Virus record (IMG/VR): IMGVR_UViG_3300043608_000028
Span: 1-56,707 of that record
Source: a virus
Lineage: Duplodnaviria; Caudoviricetes
Direction: 5' to 3' (one strand)
Length of the DNA stretch: 56,707 bases
How positions within the stretch are numbered: the stretch's first letter is position 1; every line of letters begins with the position of its first letter. Below are positions 43,592 through 52,636 of this stretch, in pieces. The notes under the pieces are model-generated. The model was not told the DNA's origin, ran no database searches, and saw nothing but the letters and a program-made list of their open reading frames with translations. The position numbers and the translations under genes were made by a program.

Positions 43592-44170
43592 ATGAAGAAG
43601 AGCCTTTACCGCTACGCCGCGCTGGCCGGCATCCTGGCCCTCGCCGTCGGCCTCGTCCAGGTCGGTTACGCCGCGACGACCACCGCCAACGTCAAGGTCC
43701 AGTCCAGCATCCGCGCCCAGGCCACCGGGACACCCGACATCGGCAGCCTGTCCTTCGACATCGGCACCGCCGGGGTCTCCTCGATCGACTTCACCAACGG
43801 GAGCGGATCCGGGGCCATCAACAAGATGTTCGTGGACACGGCGGCGACCACCACGAGCTACGACCTGGACGCCGGCTCCATGCTCGACCCCGCCGGGGCG
43901 GCGGTCACGTTCTCGCGCATCGCTTACGTCCGGATCATCCCCAACACGGCCAACGCCGCCGTGATCACGGTCGGCGGCGACTTCATCTTGACCAAGTACC
44001 TGTCGGGCTGGGTGGACGACGCGCTCGTCATCCCGGTCCACCTGCTGGGCCGCTTCGAGTTCCTAGCCCCCAACGCGACCGGCGTGGCCGTCACCGCCAC
44101 CACAGGAGACGTCATCACGGTCACGGTGTCCGGGTCCGAGGGTTATACGATAGTGATTTTTGGGTCGTAA
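43592..44170 (+). CDS. virion-type beta-rich protein with an N-terminal signal peptide, between terminator and tail tube
   Basis: MKKSLYRYAALAGILALAVGLVQVGYA|ATT; AAGGAG/AAGGA RBS; NGSGSG.IN..F.D...YDL.AG...DP.G..VTFSRI. Confidence 0.75.
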   Translation: MKKSLYRYAALAGILALAVGLVQVGYAATTTANVKVQSSIRAQATGTPDIGSLSFDIGTAGVSSIDFTNGSGSGAINKMFVDTAATTTSYDLDAGSMLDPAGAAVTFSRIAYVRIIPNTANAAVITVGGDFILTKYLSGWVDDALVIPVHLLGRFEFLAPNATGVAVTATTGDVITVTVSGSEGYTIVIFGS

Positions 44171-44204
44171 TCCGGTGGCCCGCTCGAATTAGGAGGAAGG
44201 ACTC

Positions 44205-44624
44205 ATGGCGAAGCAGCTAGGCTACCGATCGGTCGCGGTTCGAGGGGTCACGGAGATCCCCGGCATCGCCTCCATCACCGCACCCACGGCGACGCGCGAC
44301 GAGGTGGACGTCACCGACCTGAACTCCGCCGACTTCGAGCGCGAGCAGCTTCTCGGGTTCAAGAGCCGGAACAACGCGATTTACGACGGTTTCTACAACG
44401 TCGGGAACGCGGTCCACGAGCAGCTCGAGGAGGACTACAACGACGGCCTCTCGACGCCCGAGGCCTGGGGGCACCGGATCCGCCACAACGACACCGGCGT
44501 CGTGCAGCGGACCTACGACTACAGCGGGACGATCTTCGCCTGCGACGTGGGCCCGCTGGCCACCGAGGAAGGGATCGCCCTCCACATCGAGATCAAGACC
44601 ACCGGCACCATCACGATCTCGTGA
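44205..44624 (+). CDS. tail tube (major tail) protein
   Basis: ITAP..TRDEVDVTDLNS...RE...G.K; ends IKTTGTIT; GGAGG RBS. Confidence 0.85.
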   Translation: MAKQLGYRSVAVRGVTEIPGIASITAPTATRDEVDVTDLNSADFEREQLLGFKSRNNAIYDGFYNVGNAVHEQLEEDYNDGLSTPEAWGHRIRHNDTGVVQRTYDYSGTIFACDVGPLATEEGIALHIEIKTTGTITIS

Positions 44625-45094
44625 AGCTGGAGATCGAAGCTCCGCCGGACGCTACCCCGTTTCGCTCGAGAGGCCGCGAGTGCTACCTGTACCTGGGCGC
44701 GCTGGAGATGCGCGCCCTTCAGCGGGAGTGGGGACTCACGCGCGCGGTGTCCGACCAGGCGCAGGACTGGGCGCGGAAGCAGGTGGAGTTTTCGCAGCGT
44801 CTGGAGGGCGCCACCTTCGAGGACAAGATCGCCGTGCTGAAGCACGGGCTCTCCCGGTGGGCGAAGGCGGCGGGCCTGGAGCTGACCGACGAAACGGCGG
44901 CCGAAGTGCTCGACGGCATCGAGCGCACCGATGGGAAACCTGCCGGCGCCTCGGGCCGCATCCTCCGCATCCAGACCTTGCACCAGCAGTTCCTGGCCGA
45001 CTGCTTCGGGGGCGACGTGGAGGACGACGGCGGCCCAAAAGAGACCTCGACGAGCTCGAGCGAGCCCGCCTCTTCGACCCCGAACGGATCGTAG
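44621..45094 (+). CDS. tail assembly chaperone (gpG-like)
   Basis: Follows the tail tube; slippery C CCA AAA near its end. Confidence 0.8.
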   Translation: MKLEIEAPPDATPFRSRGRECYLYLGALEMRALQREWGLTRAVSDQAQDWARKQVEFSQRLEGATFEDKIAVLKHGLSRWAKAAGLELTDETAAEVLDGIERTDGKPAGASGRILRIQTLHQQFLADCFGGDVEDDGGPKETSTSSSEPASSTPNGS

Positions 45095-45471
45095 CCCAGG
45101 GGGTCCGGGTGGGACTCTCTCTCTCCGAAGCCTGGCTGACCTCACCACGGTCGCTGAGCATCGTCACGAAGGCTAAGCACGAAGCCTCGCTCGACGAGCT
45201 GGAGCAGAAGATCCACGCGTCCTACGCAACGATCTGGTTCCACCACCAGAAGAAGCTCGGCCATCAACAGCTCCAGAAGATGCTGCCACAGCGGAAGCGG
45301 CCGGGCGGCGGGGCGCCGCGGGCCCTGACGATGGAGGAGGAGATCGCCCGTCAGGATGCCTGGGCCAACGGGATCAATCGGCGCATCGCCAGGGCAGAAA
45401 AGCAGCGGCTCCATCAGGAGGCCAAGGCTGCAAGCAAGGCGGCGCGCCGGAGCGAGAGGGGGCGTCCGTGA
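45034..45471 (+). CDS. -1 frameshift extension of the chaperone (gpT-like)
   Basis: -1 frame open from 45034-45040 to 45471, no own start; GLSLSEAW..SPRSL typical of gpT-like regions. Confidence 0.75.
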   Translation, partial: PKRDLDELERARLFDPERIVAQGVRVGLSLSEAWLTSPRSLSIVTKAKHEASLDELEQKIHASYATIWFHHQKKLGHQQLQKMLPQRKRPGGGAPRALTMEEEIARQDAWANGINRRIARAEKQRLHQEAKAASKAARRSERGRP

Positions 45472-45887
45472 TCACGGTCAAGGTCACAGGCGAGGACGCC
45501 ATCACGAAGTATCTCGCGCGGCTGCGTGAGCAGCTCTCCCAGGCCAATGCCGAGGCGGATCTCTTGGTGGCGGTGCAGCCCATGGTCCAGGCGGCGGAGG
45601 CCAACGTGGGGACGGGCCCTCCCTCGATCCACCTCAAGGAGAACGTGACGGCCGCCCCGGACCCCGCGCACGCGAAGTCTGAGGGCTGGGTGGCTTCGGT
45701 GGCCGTTGGCGCCGGGCGTGTCCCGAAGATCGGGGAAATCTTCTACGGGAGGTTCCTGGAGTTCGGGACCGTGAAGCAGGCGGCCCGGCCCTGGCTGCGT
45801 CCTGCTTTCGATACGACGCGCGTGGCCGTGACCCGCCGACTCGCGGCGCTCCTGGCGAAGCGCGTCAGGGCGGCGGGGAGGAAGTAG
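45468..45887 (+). CDS. HK97 gp10-like tail component
   Basis: FYGRFLEFGTVKQAARPWLRPAFD. Confidence 0.9.
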   Translation: MITVKVTGEDAITKYLARLREQLSQANAEADLLVAVQPMVQAAEANVGTGPPSIHLKENVTAAPDPAHAKSEGWVASVAVGAGRVPKIGEIFYGRFLEFGTVKQAARPWLRPAFDTTRVAVTRRLAALLAKRVRAAGRK

Positions 45888-48800
45888 TGGCCGACGAAAT
45901 CATCGCCGGCCAAAAGATTCAGATCGGCCTGGAGACGGGCCAGTTTGAGACGAAGGGGATCCGTCTCGAGGCCCAGGCGAAGAAGATCACCGAGGCCTTC
46001 AACAGCATTTCCGGGCTGAAGGCCGACCAGAAGCTCCAGGAGATCCAGAAGGCGGTCGAACGCCTGGGCGGCGTTGCGAACCTCAGCCAGCCCCAGGTAG
46101 CGCGTCTTCGGGGCGAACTGGACAAGCTGGCCAAGGCCGGGGCCACGATCCCGAAGACCCTGAAGCTCCCGGAGCTGCCGAAGCTGGCGGGGCCCACAGG
46201 TCTCGAGAAGTTCACCTCGGCGCTCGGGCAGGACGCCAGCGGCAAGGTCCAGGGCCTGGCGACGTCCCTGGGTCCGCTAGGGAGCGCGATCTCGGCAATC
46301 GGCCCGGCGGGCATAGCGGCCGGGGCTGGCCTCGCGGTGTTCGGAGGCGCCGCCGGCCTCGCCGGCGCGGCCATCGTCGACTTCTCGGTGGAGTCGGTGA
46401 AGGCCCTCACCGCCTTCGCGGACAAGATCACAGGCCTCGACAAGACGACCCAGCTCGGGGTCGAGACGGTGCAGCGGTTCGCCGCGGCCGCGGCTTCGAC
46501 GGGGGTCCCGATCGAGAGCGTCTCCGGGGCCATCGTCAAGCTGCAGCAAAACATCGCGCAGGGCGACGACACCTTCAAGCGGCTCGGCCTGTCGCTGGAG
46601 GCCCTGAAGAAGGCGAACCCGGCCGAGCAGTTCGACCAGGTGGCCAAGGCCATTCTCTCCATCAAGGATCCGGCGCAGCAGCAGCAGGCCGCGCTGGAAG
46701 CGTTCGGGGGCACCGGGAAGGAAGTGCTCGCCGCGCTCCGTTCCGGGTTCCTGGAAACGGCCGCGGCGGCGAAGGACGTCATCCCGGCCGAGACGATCGC
46801 GCGGGCGAAGGAGCTGAGCGACAAGATCGAGGCGCTGGGCCAGGTCGTCGACTTCGCCAAGGTGTCCTTCGGCGCCATGCTCGCGGAGACGGGCCTGCTC
46901 GATCAGGCGTTCCTGATCCTGCTCGACGCCATCGGCGCCAGCCTGGCCGTGTTCGAGCAGACGGGGGTGATCTTCATCCAGGTGGCGGGCGAGGCCGCCC
47001 AGCTCGACCTGGGGATCGACGCCCTCGCGAAGACTTTCCAGGCGCTTCGGGATGCCCTCACGAATCCCCTACAGGCCGGGGCCATCTTCACCTCGCTGAA
47101 GAAAGAGCTCGCCGACATCTCGGGCCAGATCAAGGCGCTGCCGAAGGTGGTGGCCGAGTCGCAGGCGTCGTTCCGTGCCGGCGTGGCCAAGTTCGGCCAG
47201 GGCGCGGGGTCGATCGCGACCCGGGCCATCGGCGGAGCAGGAGGTCCGGCCACTGGGGATCGCACGTTCACATCCAAGCAGGAGACAGAGCGCGCCGAAG
47301 CGGAAGCAAAGAAGCTCGGGGACGCCAGGAAAAAGGCTGCCGACGAGGCAGAGGCCGCGGAACAGCGCTACATCAAGGCGGTCTTCCAGGGTGCGGAAAT
47401 CACCAACAAGGCGCGCGAGGCTCGCGAGAAGGCGGCCCTCGCCCTTGAGTCGAAGCTCACGGGCGGCGGGTCAGATGCCAACCTCAAGAGCGCTGAACTG
47501 CAGGCGCAGCTCATCGACAGCCTGAGCGTCGCCGCGAAGGATGCAGAGGGTAACCTGCGTCCTATCGGGGACGTGCTGTCCGAGATCAGCACGAAACTGG
47601 CCGGGCTCGGCACGTCGCTGCCGCAGGATCAGATTCAGAACCTCGTCCAAGAGTTCGACAAGTTGCGCCAAGCCGGGGCAGATGTACCGCAAGGCCTCGG
47701 GGCTATCTCGGATCAGCTCAACCAGCTCGCTTTCGAGGATGCGGCCAGAAAGACAGAAGCGCTGCAGACCGAGATGATCGAGCTGTTCAAGGTGATGGCG
47801 TCCGTTGGCCAAGGTCCGTTGGCTGGACTTTCAGGAGACGCTATTGATGTGTTCTTCGGGAAGATCCCGGAGAGCGTGCAGGAATCGAAGAAGGCCACCA
47901 TCGACTGGCGCGGATCTCTCCAGGACCTCGCCAACCTGGCGCAGACCCTTCCGGGCATCTTCGGTAAAGCCCTCGGTGGATTGCTGTCCGGTGTCGCTGG
48001 CATCGGTGGCGCCCTCAAGAATCTGAAGGGCTCGTTCTCCGGCGGGCTCGGTGGAATCGGTGGCGCCCTCACCGGCAAGCAGGGGATCGGTGCCCTCTTC
48101 GGCTCCCTGGGCCAGGTCGGCGCGATCGCCGGGGCCGCGTTCGGTATCGGGAAGACCCTGGTCTCCGGCATCAAGAAGCTGTTTGGTGGCGAGAGCGAAG
48201 CCTCGAAGGCGGCCAAGGCCGGCGGGAAGATTCTCGGGAAGTCCGTGTCCGAGGAGATGGCGAAGGAGGTGCTCGCCCGCGCGAAGGAAACGGGGAAGTC
48301 GGTCGCTGCCGTCTTTGAAGAGATCAAGCGCAACGAGAAATTCGCGGCGGAGAGCGAGCGTTTCCAGCAGCGCGGCCAGGCCCTGGAGCAGGCGACGACC
48401 GCGGTTCAAGGGATCCTTCGTCCGGAGGACAAGGAGAAAGGGCTCGTCGCTGGCTTCAAGATCGGCGGCGCCGCCGAGGCTCAGGCGCGGATCTTCACGG
48501 CTACATTCTGGGCGACGGTCGCGCAGAAGGGGATCGCAGCGGCGGCTGACGCCTTCCAGCAGTCCTTCGAAGTCCTGAGCACGATTTCGCCTACCCTTGC
48601 AGCACCACTCGCGCACATCTTCGACCTGCTCACCCCGAAGGAGGGTGAGGGCAGCACGGCATTCCGTGATGCCGCCGAAGGTGCCGGGGAGTTGGCTAGG
48701 ACGCTGTCGGGGCTAGCTGCTTCCGGGTTCCTCACGACGCAGTCATTCGGTGATTTCGGGATAGCCGCCAAAGCCGCCTTCGATCAGGCCGTGGCCGGTG

Positions 48801-49513
48801 GCGCAAACAGCAACGACGCACTGCTCGCCATCGCTCCTCTGCTCGCCAACATCCAACGCATCCACCAGGGAACGGGGATCGCGATCGACGCGGAAACGCA
48901 GGCCCTCATCGACCAGGCGCAAACTGCCGGGATCGCATTCCCGGTAGACCCGATGCTCGCGGTGCTTGACGTCTTGAAGGAAGTCCTGGACACACTCAAG
49001 CAGATCGGCGGCATCGAGGTCACGCCGAAGATCAACGTCCCCAACGTCCCCGGCTCCGGGGGCGGTGGCGGTGGGCCCCAGTTCGCTACCGGCGGCATCG
49101 GCCGTTTCGACCGGCGAGGCACGACGGCCAGGCTGCACGGGCTCGAAGCCATCGTCCCCCTGGACAAGCCCGGCGACGCCCTCCGCGTCTTCCGGCAAAT
49201 CGCCGGCATTCGCCCGGATCTGTTCGCCCAAAGCATCCGCGCCCTGGTCGCATCCTCCCCAGCCCTGCGCGTGCCGTCGTTCGACACCGGCGGTATCGGC
49301 AACTTCGACACCGGCGGGTCGTCCGCCGGCGGAGGCGGCGGCTTCGGAACAACGGTCGGACCGGTCAACATCACGCTCGCGCCGACCGTCAACGTCCCGC
49401 CCGGGGGTGGCGATCCCGAGGCCATCGGCCAGGCCGTGGCCGGGGCCATCCGTCAGGAGGTGCCCGCCATCATGGACGAGCTGGAACGCACCGTCAGGAG
49501 GTTCGCGGCATGA
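45887..49513 (+). CDS. tape measure protein
   Basis: 1208 aa Ala/Gly-rich helical protein; FATGG and FDTGG motifs; C-terminal VNITLAPTVNV. Confidence 0.92.
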   Translation: MADEIIAGQKIQIGLETGQFETKGIRLEAQAKKITEAFNSISGLKADQKLQEIQKAVERLGGVANLSQPQVARLRGELDKLAKAGATIPKTLKLPELPKLAGPTGLEKFTSALGQDASGKVQGLATSLGPLGSAISAIGPAGIAAGAGLAVFGGAAGLAGAAIVDFSVESVKALTAFADKITGLDKTTQLGVETVQRFAAAAASTGVPIESVSGAIVKLQQNIAQGDDTFKRLGLSLEALKKANPAEQFDQVAKAILSIKDPAQQQQAALEAFGGTGKEVLAALRSGFLETAAAAKDVIPAETIARAKELSDKIEALGQVVDFAKVSFGAMLAETGLLDQAFLILLDAIGASLAVFEQTGVIFIQVAGEAAQLDLGIDALAKTFQALRDALTNPLQAGAIFTSLKKELADISGQIKALPKVVAESQASFRAGVAKFGQGAGSIATRAIGGAGGPATGDRTFTSKQETERAEAEAKKLGDARKKAADEAEAAEQRYIKAVFQGAEITNKAREAREKAALALESKLTGGGSDANLKSAELQAQLIDSLSVAAKDAEGNLRPIGDVLSEISTKLAGLGTSLPQDQIQNLVQEFDKLRQAGADVPQGLGAISDQLNQLAFEDAARKTEALQTEMIELFKVMASVGQGPLAGLSGDAIDVFFGKIPESVQESKKATIDWRGSLQDLANLAQTLPGIFGKALGGLLSGVAGIGGALKNLKGSFSGGLGGIGGALTGKQGIGALFGSLGQVGAIAGAAFGIGKTLVSGIKKLFGGESEASKAAKAGGKILGKSVSEEMAKEVLARAKETGKSVAAVFEEIKRNEKFAAESERFQQRGQALEQATTAVQGILRPEDKEKGLVAGFKIGGAAEAQARIFTATFWATVAQKGIAAAADAFQQSFEVLSTISPTLAAPLAHIFDLLTPKEGEGSTAFRDAAEGAGELARTLSGLAASGFLTTQSFGDFGIAAKAAFDQAVAGGANSNDALLAIAPLLANIQRIHQGTGIAIDAETQALIDQAQTAGIAFPVDPMLAVLDVLKEVLDTLKQIGGIEVTPKINVPNVPGSGGGGGGPQFATGGIGRFDRRGTTARLHGLEAIVPLDKPGDALRVFRQIAGIRPDLFAQSIRALVASSPALRVPSFDTGGIGNFDTGGSSAGGGGGFGTTVGPVNITLAPTVNVPPGGGDPEAIGQAVAGAIRQEVPAIMDELERTVRRFAA

Positions 49514-50163
49514 GCCTGGTGGCGTTCGCTTCGACATCCATCGACGACAACGAGACCTCTCTCGTCAACTACGTCGAGGGAGCCGTCTTCATCGCCACGA
49601 TGGACGGTTCCGCCTTGGGCGCCGGGAACGTGCTCACCCTCGAAGCCAGGACCCAGGTGAATCAGGACTCCGGCGTCGTGGTGCACACGCTTGGAACGAT
49701 CAACGGGGCGACCCCGGCAGACCCGGCCTGCATTCGCCTCGGGCCAATCGTGACCAAGGAGGCGCTCGAACTGGTCGCCTACCTGGACGACGCGGTGGTG
49801 GTGGACTGCCCCTGGAAGCTCCAGCAGAAGGGCCGCGTGTCCACCGTGGAGAACGGGGAGGGCACGCTCACTGCGCCGCTGGCCGAGGACTCGCTCGTGA
49901 GCGTGCCCTACGGCGGCACATTCGTCCTGCTCGTGGACCTTTCCGCAATGCAGGCCGGGGACGATGTGGAGCTGCGTCTCAAGGCGAAGGCGGGCGGCCC
50001 CGACTCTACGGCGGTCGTCGTGGTCTACGAGCTCTTCGAGGACGTGCAGACAAACAAGATCGCGCAGCTCTGGATCGACGTGGACGAGAGCGTGGAGGCC
50101 ACGCTCGAGCAGAGTGCGGGGTCGGCAAGGAGCTTCCCGTGGGCAGTGGTCAAGGTCGGATGA
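49510..50163 (+). CDS. structural protein with two tandem related beta domains
   Basis: D.SA..AG....L...PW pattern occurs twice; ATGA overlap. Confidence 0.65.
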   Translation: MSLVAFASTSIDDNETSLVNYVEGAVFIATMDGSALGAGNVLTLEARTQVNQDSGVVVHTLGTINGATPADPACIRLGPIVTKEALELVAYLDDAVVVDCPWKLQQKGRVSTVENGEGTLTAPLAEDSLVSVPYGGTFVLLVDLSAMQAGDDVELRLKAKAGGPDSTAVVVVYELFEDVQTNKIAQLWIDVDESVEATLEQSAGSARSFPWAVVKVG

Positions 50164-51359
50164 CGCGCGTCGCCTTCGCTGTCTCGCTCGCGCTTCTCGC
50201 CGCGCGGGCGGATGCCCAGTCCTGGCAGGCCGCCGCGGCCCGGCTCCGCGCCATGCTCGCCCAGCACGCAGCCGGACCGCATCACCCGACGTGCGTGGCT
50301 TCGGGCGCGGACCATGCGGCGGGGATGGTCCCGGACCCGGGGGCCTCGGCCGGGACCACGAAATTCCTCCGCGAGGACTGCACCTGGCAGGTCCCAGCCG
50401 GCGGAGGCGGGGGCGTTTCCGACGGCGACAAGGGGGATATCACCGTCACCGGTTCCGGGGCAACCTGGACAATCGACGGCGACGTCATCACGTTCGCGAA
50501 CATCCAGACTATCGCGACGGACCGCCTGCTCGGGCGAGACACCGCGGCCACCGGGGACGTGGAGGAGATCTCCCTCGGCGGCGGCCTGGAGTTCAGCGGT
50601 TCGACCAGCATCCAACGATCCGCTCTAACAGGCGACGTCACCGCCACCGCCGGCAGCAACACCACGACCGTCGTGGACGATTCACATGCCCACACGGGGG
50701 CTACCATCTCCGCCCTCGACGCTGCCGACACCACGGCGGGGACCTTCGCTGACGCCCGCGTGGACGGGTCCCTTGAGGCCGATGAGCTTGCCCTGGCCGG
50801 CGACGTGGACGGGACGGCGAACGCGAACGACCTGGACGAGGCCGCCGTCGAGAGCGAGCTGGAGAGCGTTCTCGACCTAGCCGACCTGCAGGGCGCGCTC
50901 ACCCCAGCCAAGGGCGGGACCGGGGACGACACAAGCGGGTCAACGGGGGTGCCTCGGATCGCGTCCGGGAACTGGACGTACGACGGCGGGGTCTCCCACC
51001 TCGCGGCCTCTACGTCGTCGGACCTCCGCGGGGTCCTCTCCGACGACGTAGGTACGGGCGGGGCCATGTTCGGGCTCATCTCCACGATGGCCGATGACCT
51101 GTCCTGCACAGGCTCCCAGGTGGTACGCCGGAACGCTGGCGACACCGCCTTCGAGTGCGCCACGCCTGCTGCGGGTGGGGGATACGCCACGGTCCAAGAA
51201 GAGGGCGGCGCCCTGACGCAACGGACCATCCTCAACTTCCTCGGGTCCTCGATCACGTGCGTGGACGACGGATCCACCAAGACGAACTGCACAATCACTG
51301 GCGGTGGGGGCGGGCTCGATCACCCTGCCGTGATGAGCCGTGCCAGCCTCACCTTCTAG
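50160..51359 (+). CDS. tail-fibre-like protein with N-terminal signal peptide
   Basis: MTRVAFAVSLALLAARADA|QSW; AGMVPDPG...KFLREDCTW, VSDGDKGDITV.GSG..WTID, LTGDVT, VQEEG..LTQR..LNF.G. Confidence 0.8.
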   Translation: MTRVAFAVSLALLAARADAQSWQAAAARLRAMLAQHAAGPHHPTCVASGADHAAGMVPDPGASAGTTKFLREDCTWQVPAGGGGGVSDGDKGDITVTGSGATWTIDGDVITFANIQTIATDRLLGRDTAATGDVEEISLGGGLEFSGSTSIQRSALTGDVTATAGSNTTTVVDDSHAHTGATISALDAADTTAGTFADARVDGSLEADELALAGDVDGTANANDLDEAAVESELESVLDLADLQGALTPAKGGTGDDTSGSTGVPRIASGNWTYDGGVSHLAASTSSDLRGVLSDDVGTGGAMFGLISTMADDLSCTGSQVVRRNAGDTAFECATPAAGGGYATVQEEGGALTQRTILNFLGSSITCVDDGSTKTNCTITGGGGGLDHPAVMSRASLTF

Positions 51360-51366
51360 GAGGTCC

Positions 51367-52629
51367 ATGCGCCGAATCCTCGCCAGTCTCGCAGTCCTGG
51401 CCCTGGTGGTCGCCTCCCCGCCGTCCGCACGCGCCAACTCGCTCCTGCTGGACGCGACCACGAAGAGCCTGGAGATGGAGACCTCCGCGGCGGTCTCCAC
51501 GGACTACGTGGTGAGCTACGCCGACCACACGTCCTCGGCGTTCACCCCCGGCACGAATCAAGGGAACGTGGCCACGGCCACGACGACGGCGATTCTCGCC
51601 GCCCCCGGAGCCTCCACGCAGCGTCAGGTCAAGTGGATCAGCGTGCGCAACAGGGGCACGGCCGCGCAGACCGTCACGCTGAAGCTGGACGTTTCGGCCA
51701 CCGAATACCATGTGGGACCAGCGGTCACGCTCGGCGCCGGTGAGGCCCTGCGCGTCGATGCCGGCGGCGCTCTCACCATCTACGATGCGGCCGGGCGGCG
51801 GAAGGAACAGGCGACTGAGATCAGCGGCTACTCGGGCCGCGCCTTCGAGTGGCTCAAGATCGGGACCGCCTCGGAAGCGGTCGGCGTCCAGTACGCCTAC
51901 CTCAAGGACAGCGGCACCCCGGGGGCCTGGGTCCCCGGGACTCCCGGGCTGAACGGCGCGACGACGAGTTGCGATTCCGCGGCCGGCGCTGCGGTCGCAG
52001 GGGCGCCGGTCATACCGAACCCGGCGACCGGGGGCTGGTACCTATCGTCGATGCGGAGCGCGGCCAGCGTCGTCCACATGCTGCTGGTTGCCGACCTGCA
52101 GTGGTACAACACCGGCATCGCAGTCACGACGACGACGGCGCAGAACATCACGTTCCCCGGACCCATCTCGCGCGACGACAACGGAGCTGCTCTCGGCCAG
52201 GGCGTGCAGGCCGCGATCTACGTCACGACGGCCACGACGAATGCTGGCGCCGTGACGAATACGACGCTCAGCTACACCGACCAAAGCAACAACGCCGGCA
52301 ACACTGCGACGATCGCCAGCTTCCCAGCCACGGCGGTCGCTGGGACATTCGTGCCCTTCCAGCTCGCGGCCGGCGACACCGGGATCCGGTCCATCCAGAG
52401 CGTCACCTTGGGCACGAGCTACGCGGCCGGCGCCGTCTCGCTCGTCGCGTTCAAGAGCCTCGCTGCCGTCCCGAACCCTATCGTCAACGCGGGCGGAATC
52501 CTGAGCGACGGGACGCCCTGGAATCCAGGGATCAGGATGTACAACGGGACGTGCTTGTTCCCTCGCTACATCTCGAGCGCCACCACGGCGACGACGATGA
52601 CCGGCGTCGGCGCCTACATGGAGCGGTAA
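51367..52629 (+). CDS. tail-associated protein with N-terminal signal peptide
   Basis: MRRILASLAVLALVVASPPSARA|NSL; TATTT.I.AAP.ASTQRQVK.ISVRN; LAAGDTGIRSIQSVTL; GGAGG RBS. Confidence 0.8.
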   Translation: MRRILASLAVLALVVASPPSARANSLLLDATTKSLEMETSAAVSTDYVVSYADHTSSAFTPGTNQGNVATATTTAILAAPGASTQRQVKWISVRNRGTAAQTVTLKLDVSATEYHVGPAVTLGAGEALRVDAGGALTIYDAAGRRKEQATEISGYSGRAFEWLKIGTASEAVGVQYAYLKDSGTPGAWVPGTPGLNGATTSCDSAAGAAVAGAPVIPNPATGGWYLSSMRSAASVVHMLLVADLQWYNTGIAVTTTTAQNITFPGPISRDDNGAALGQGVQAAIYVTTATTNAGAVTNTTLSYTDQSNNAGNTATIASFPATAVAGTFVPFQLAAGDTGIRSIQSVTLGTSYAAGAVSLVAFKSLAAVPNPIVNAGGILSDGTPWNPGIRMYNGTCLFPRYISSATTATTMTGVGAYMER

Positions 52630-52636
52630 GGGAGCC

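Noticed and set aside
49080-49320. Duplicated F.TGGIG.FD motif in the tape measure C-terminus
   Set aside because: FAxGG-type motifs are routine near tape measure ends
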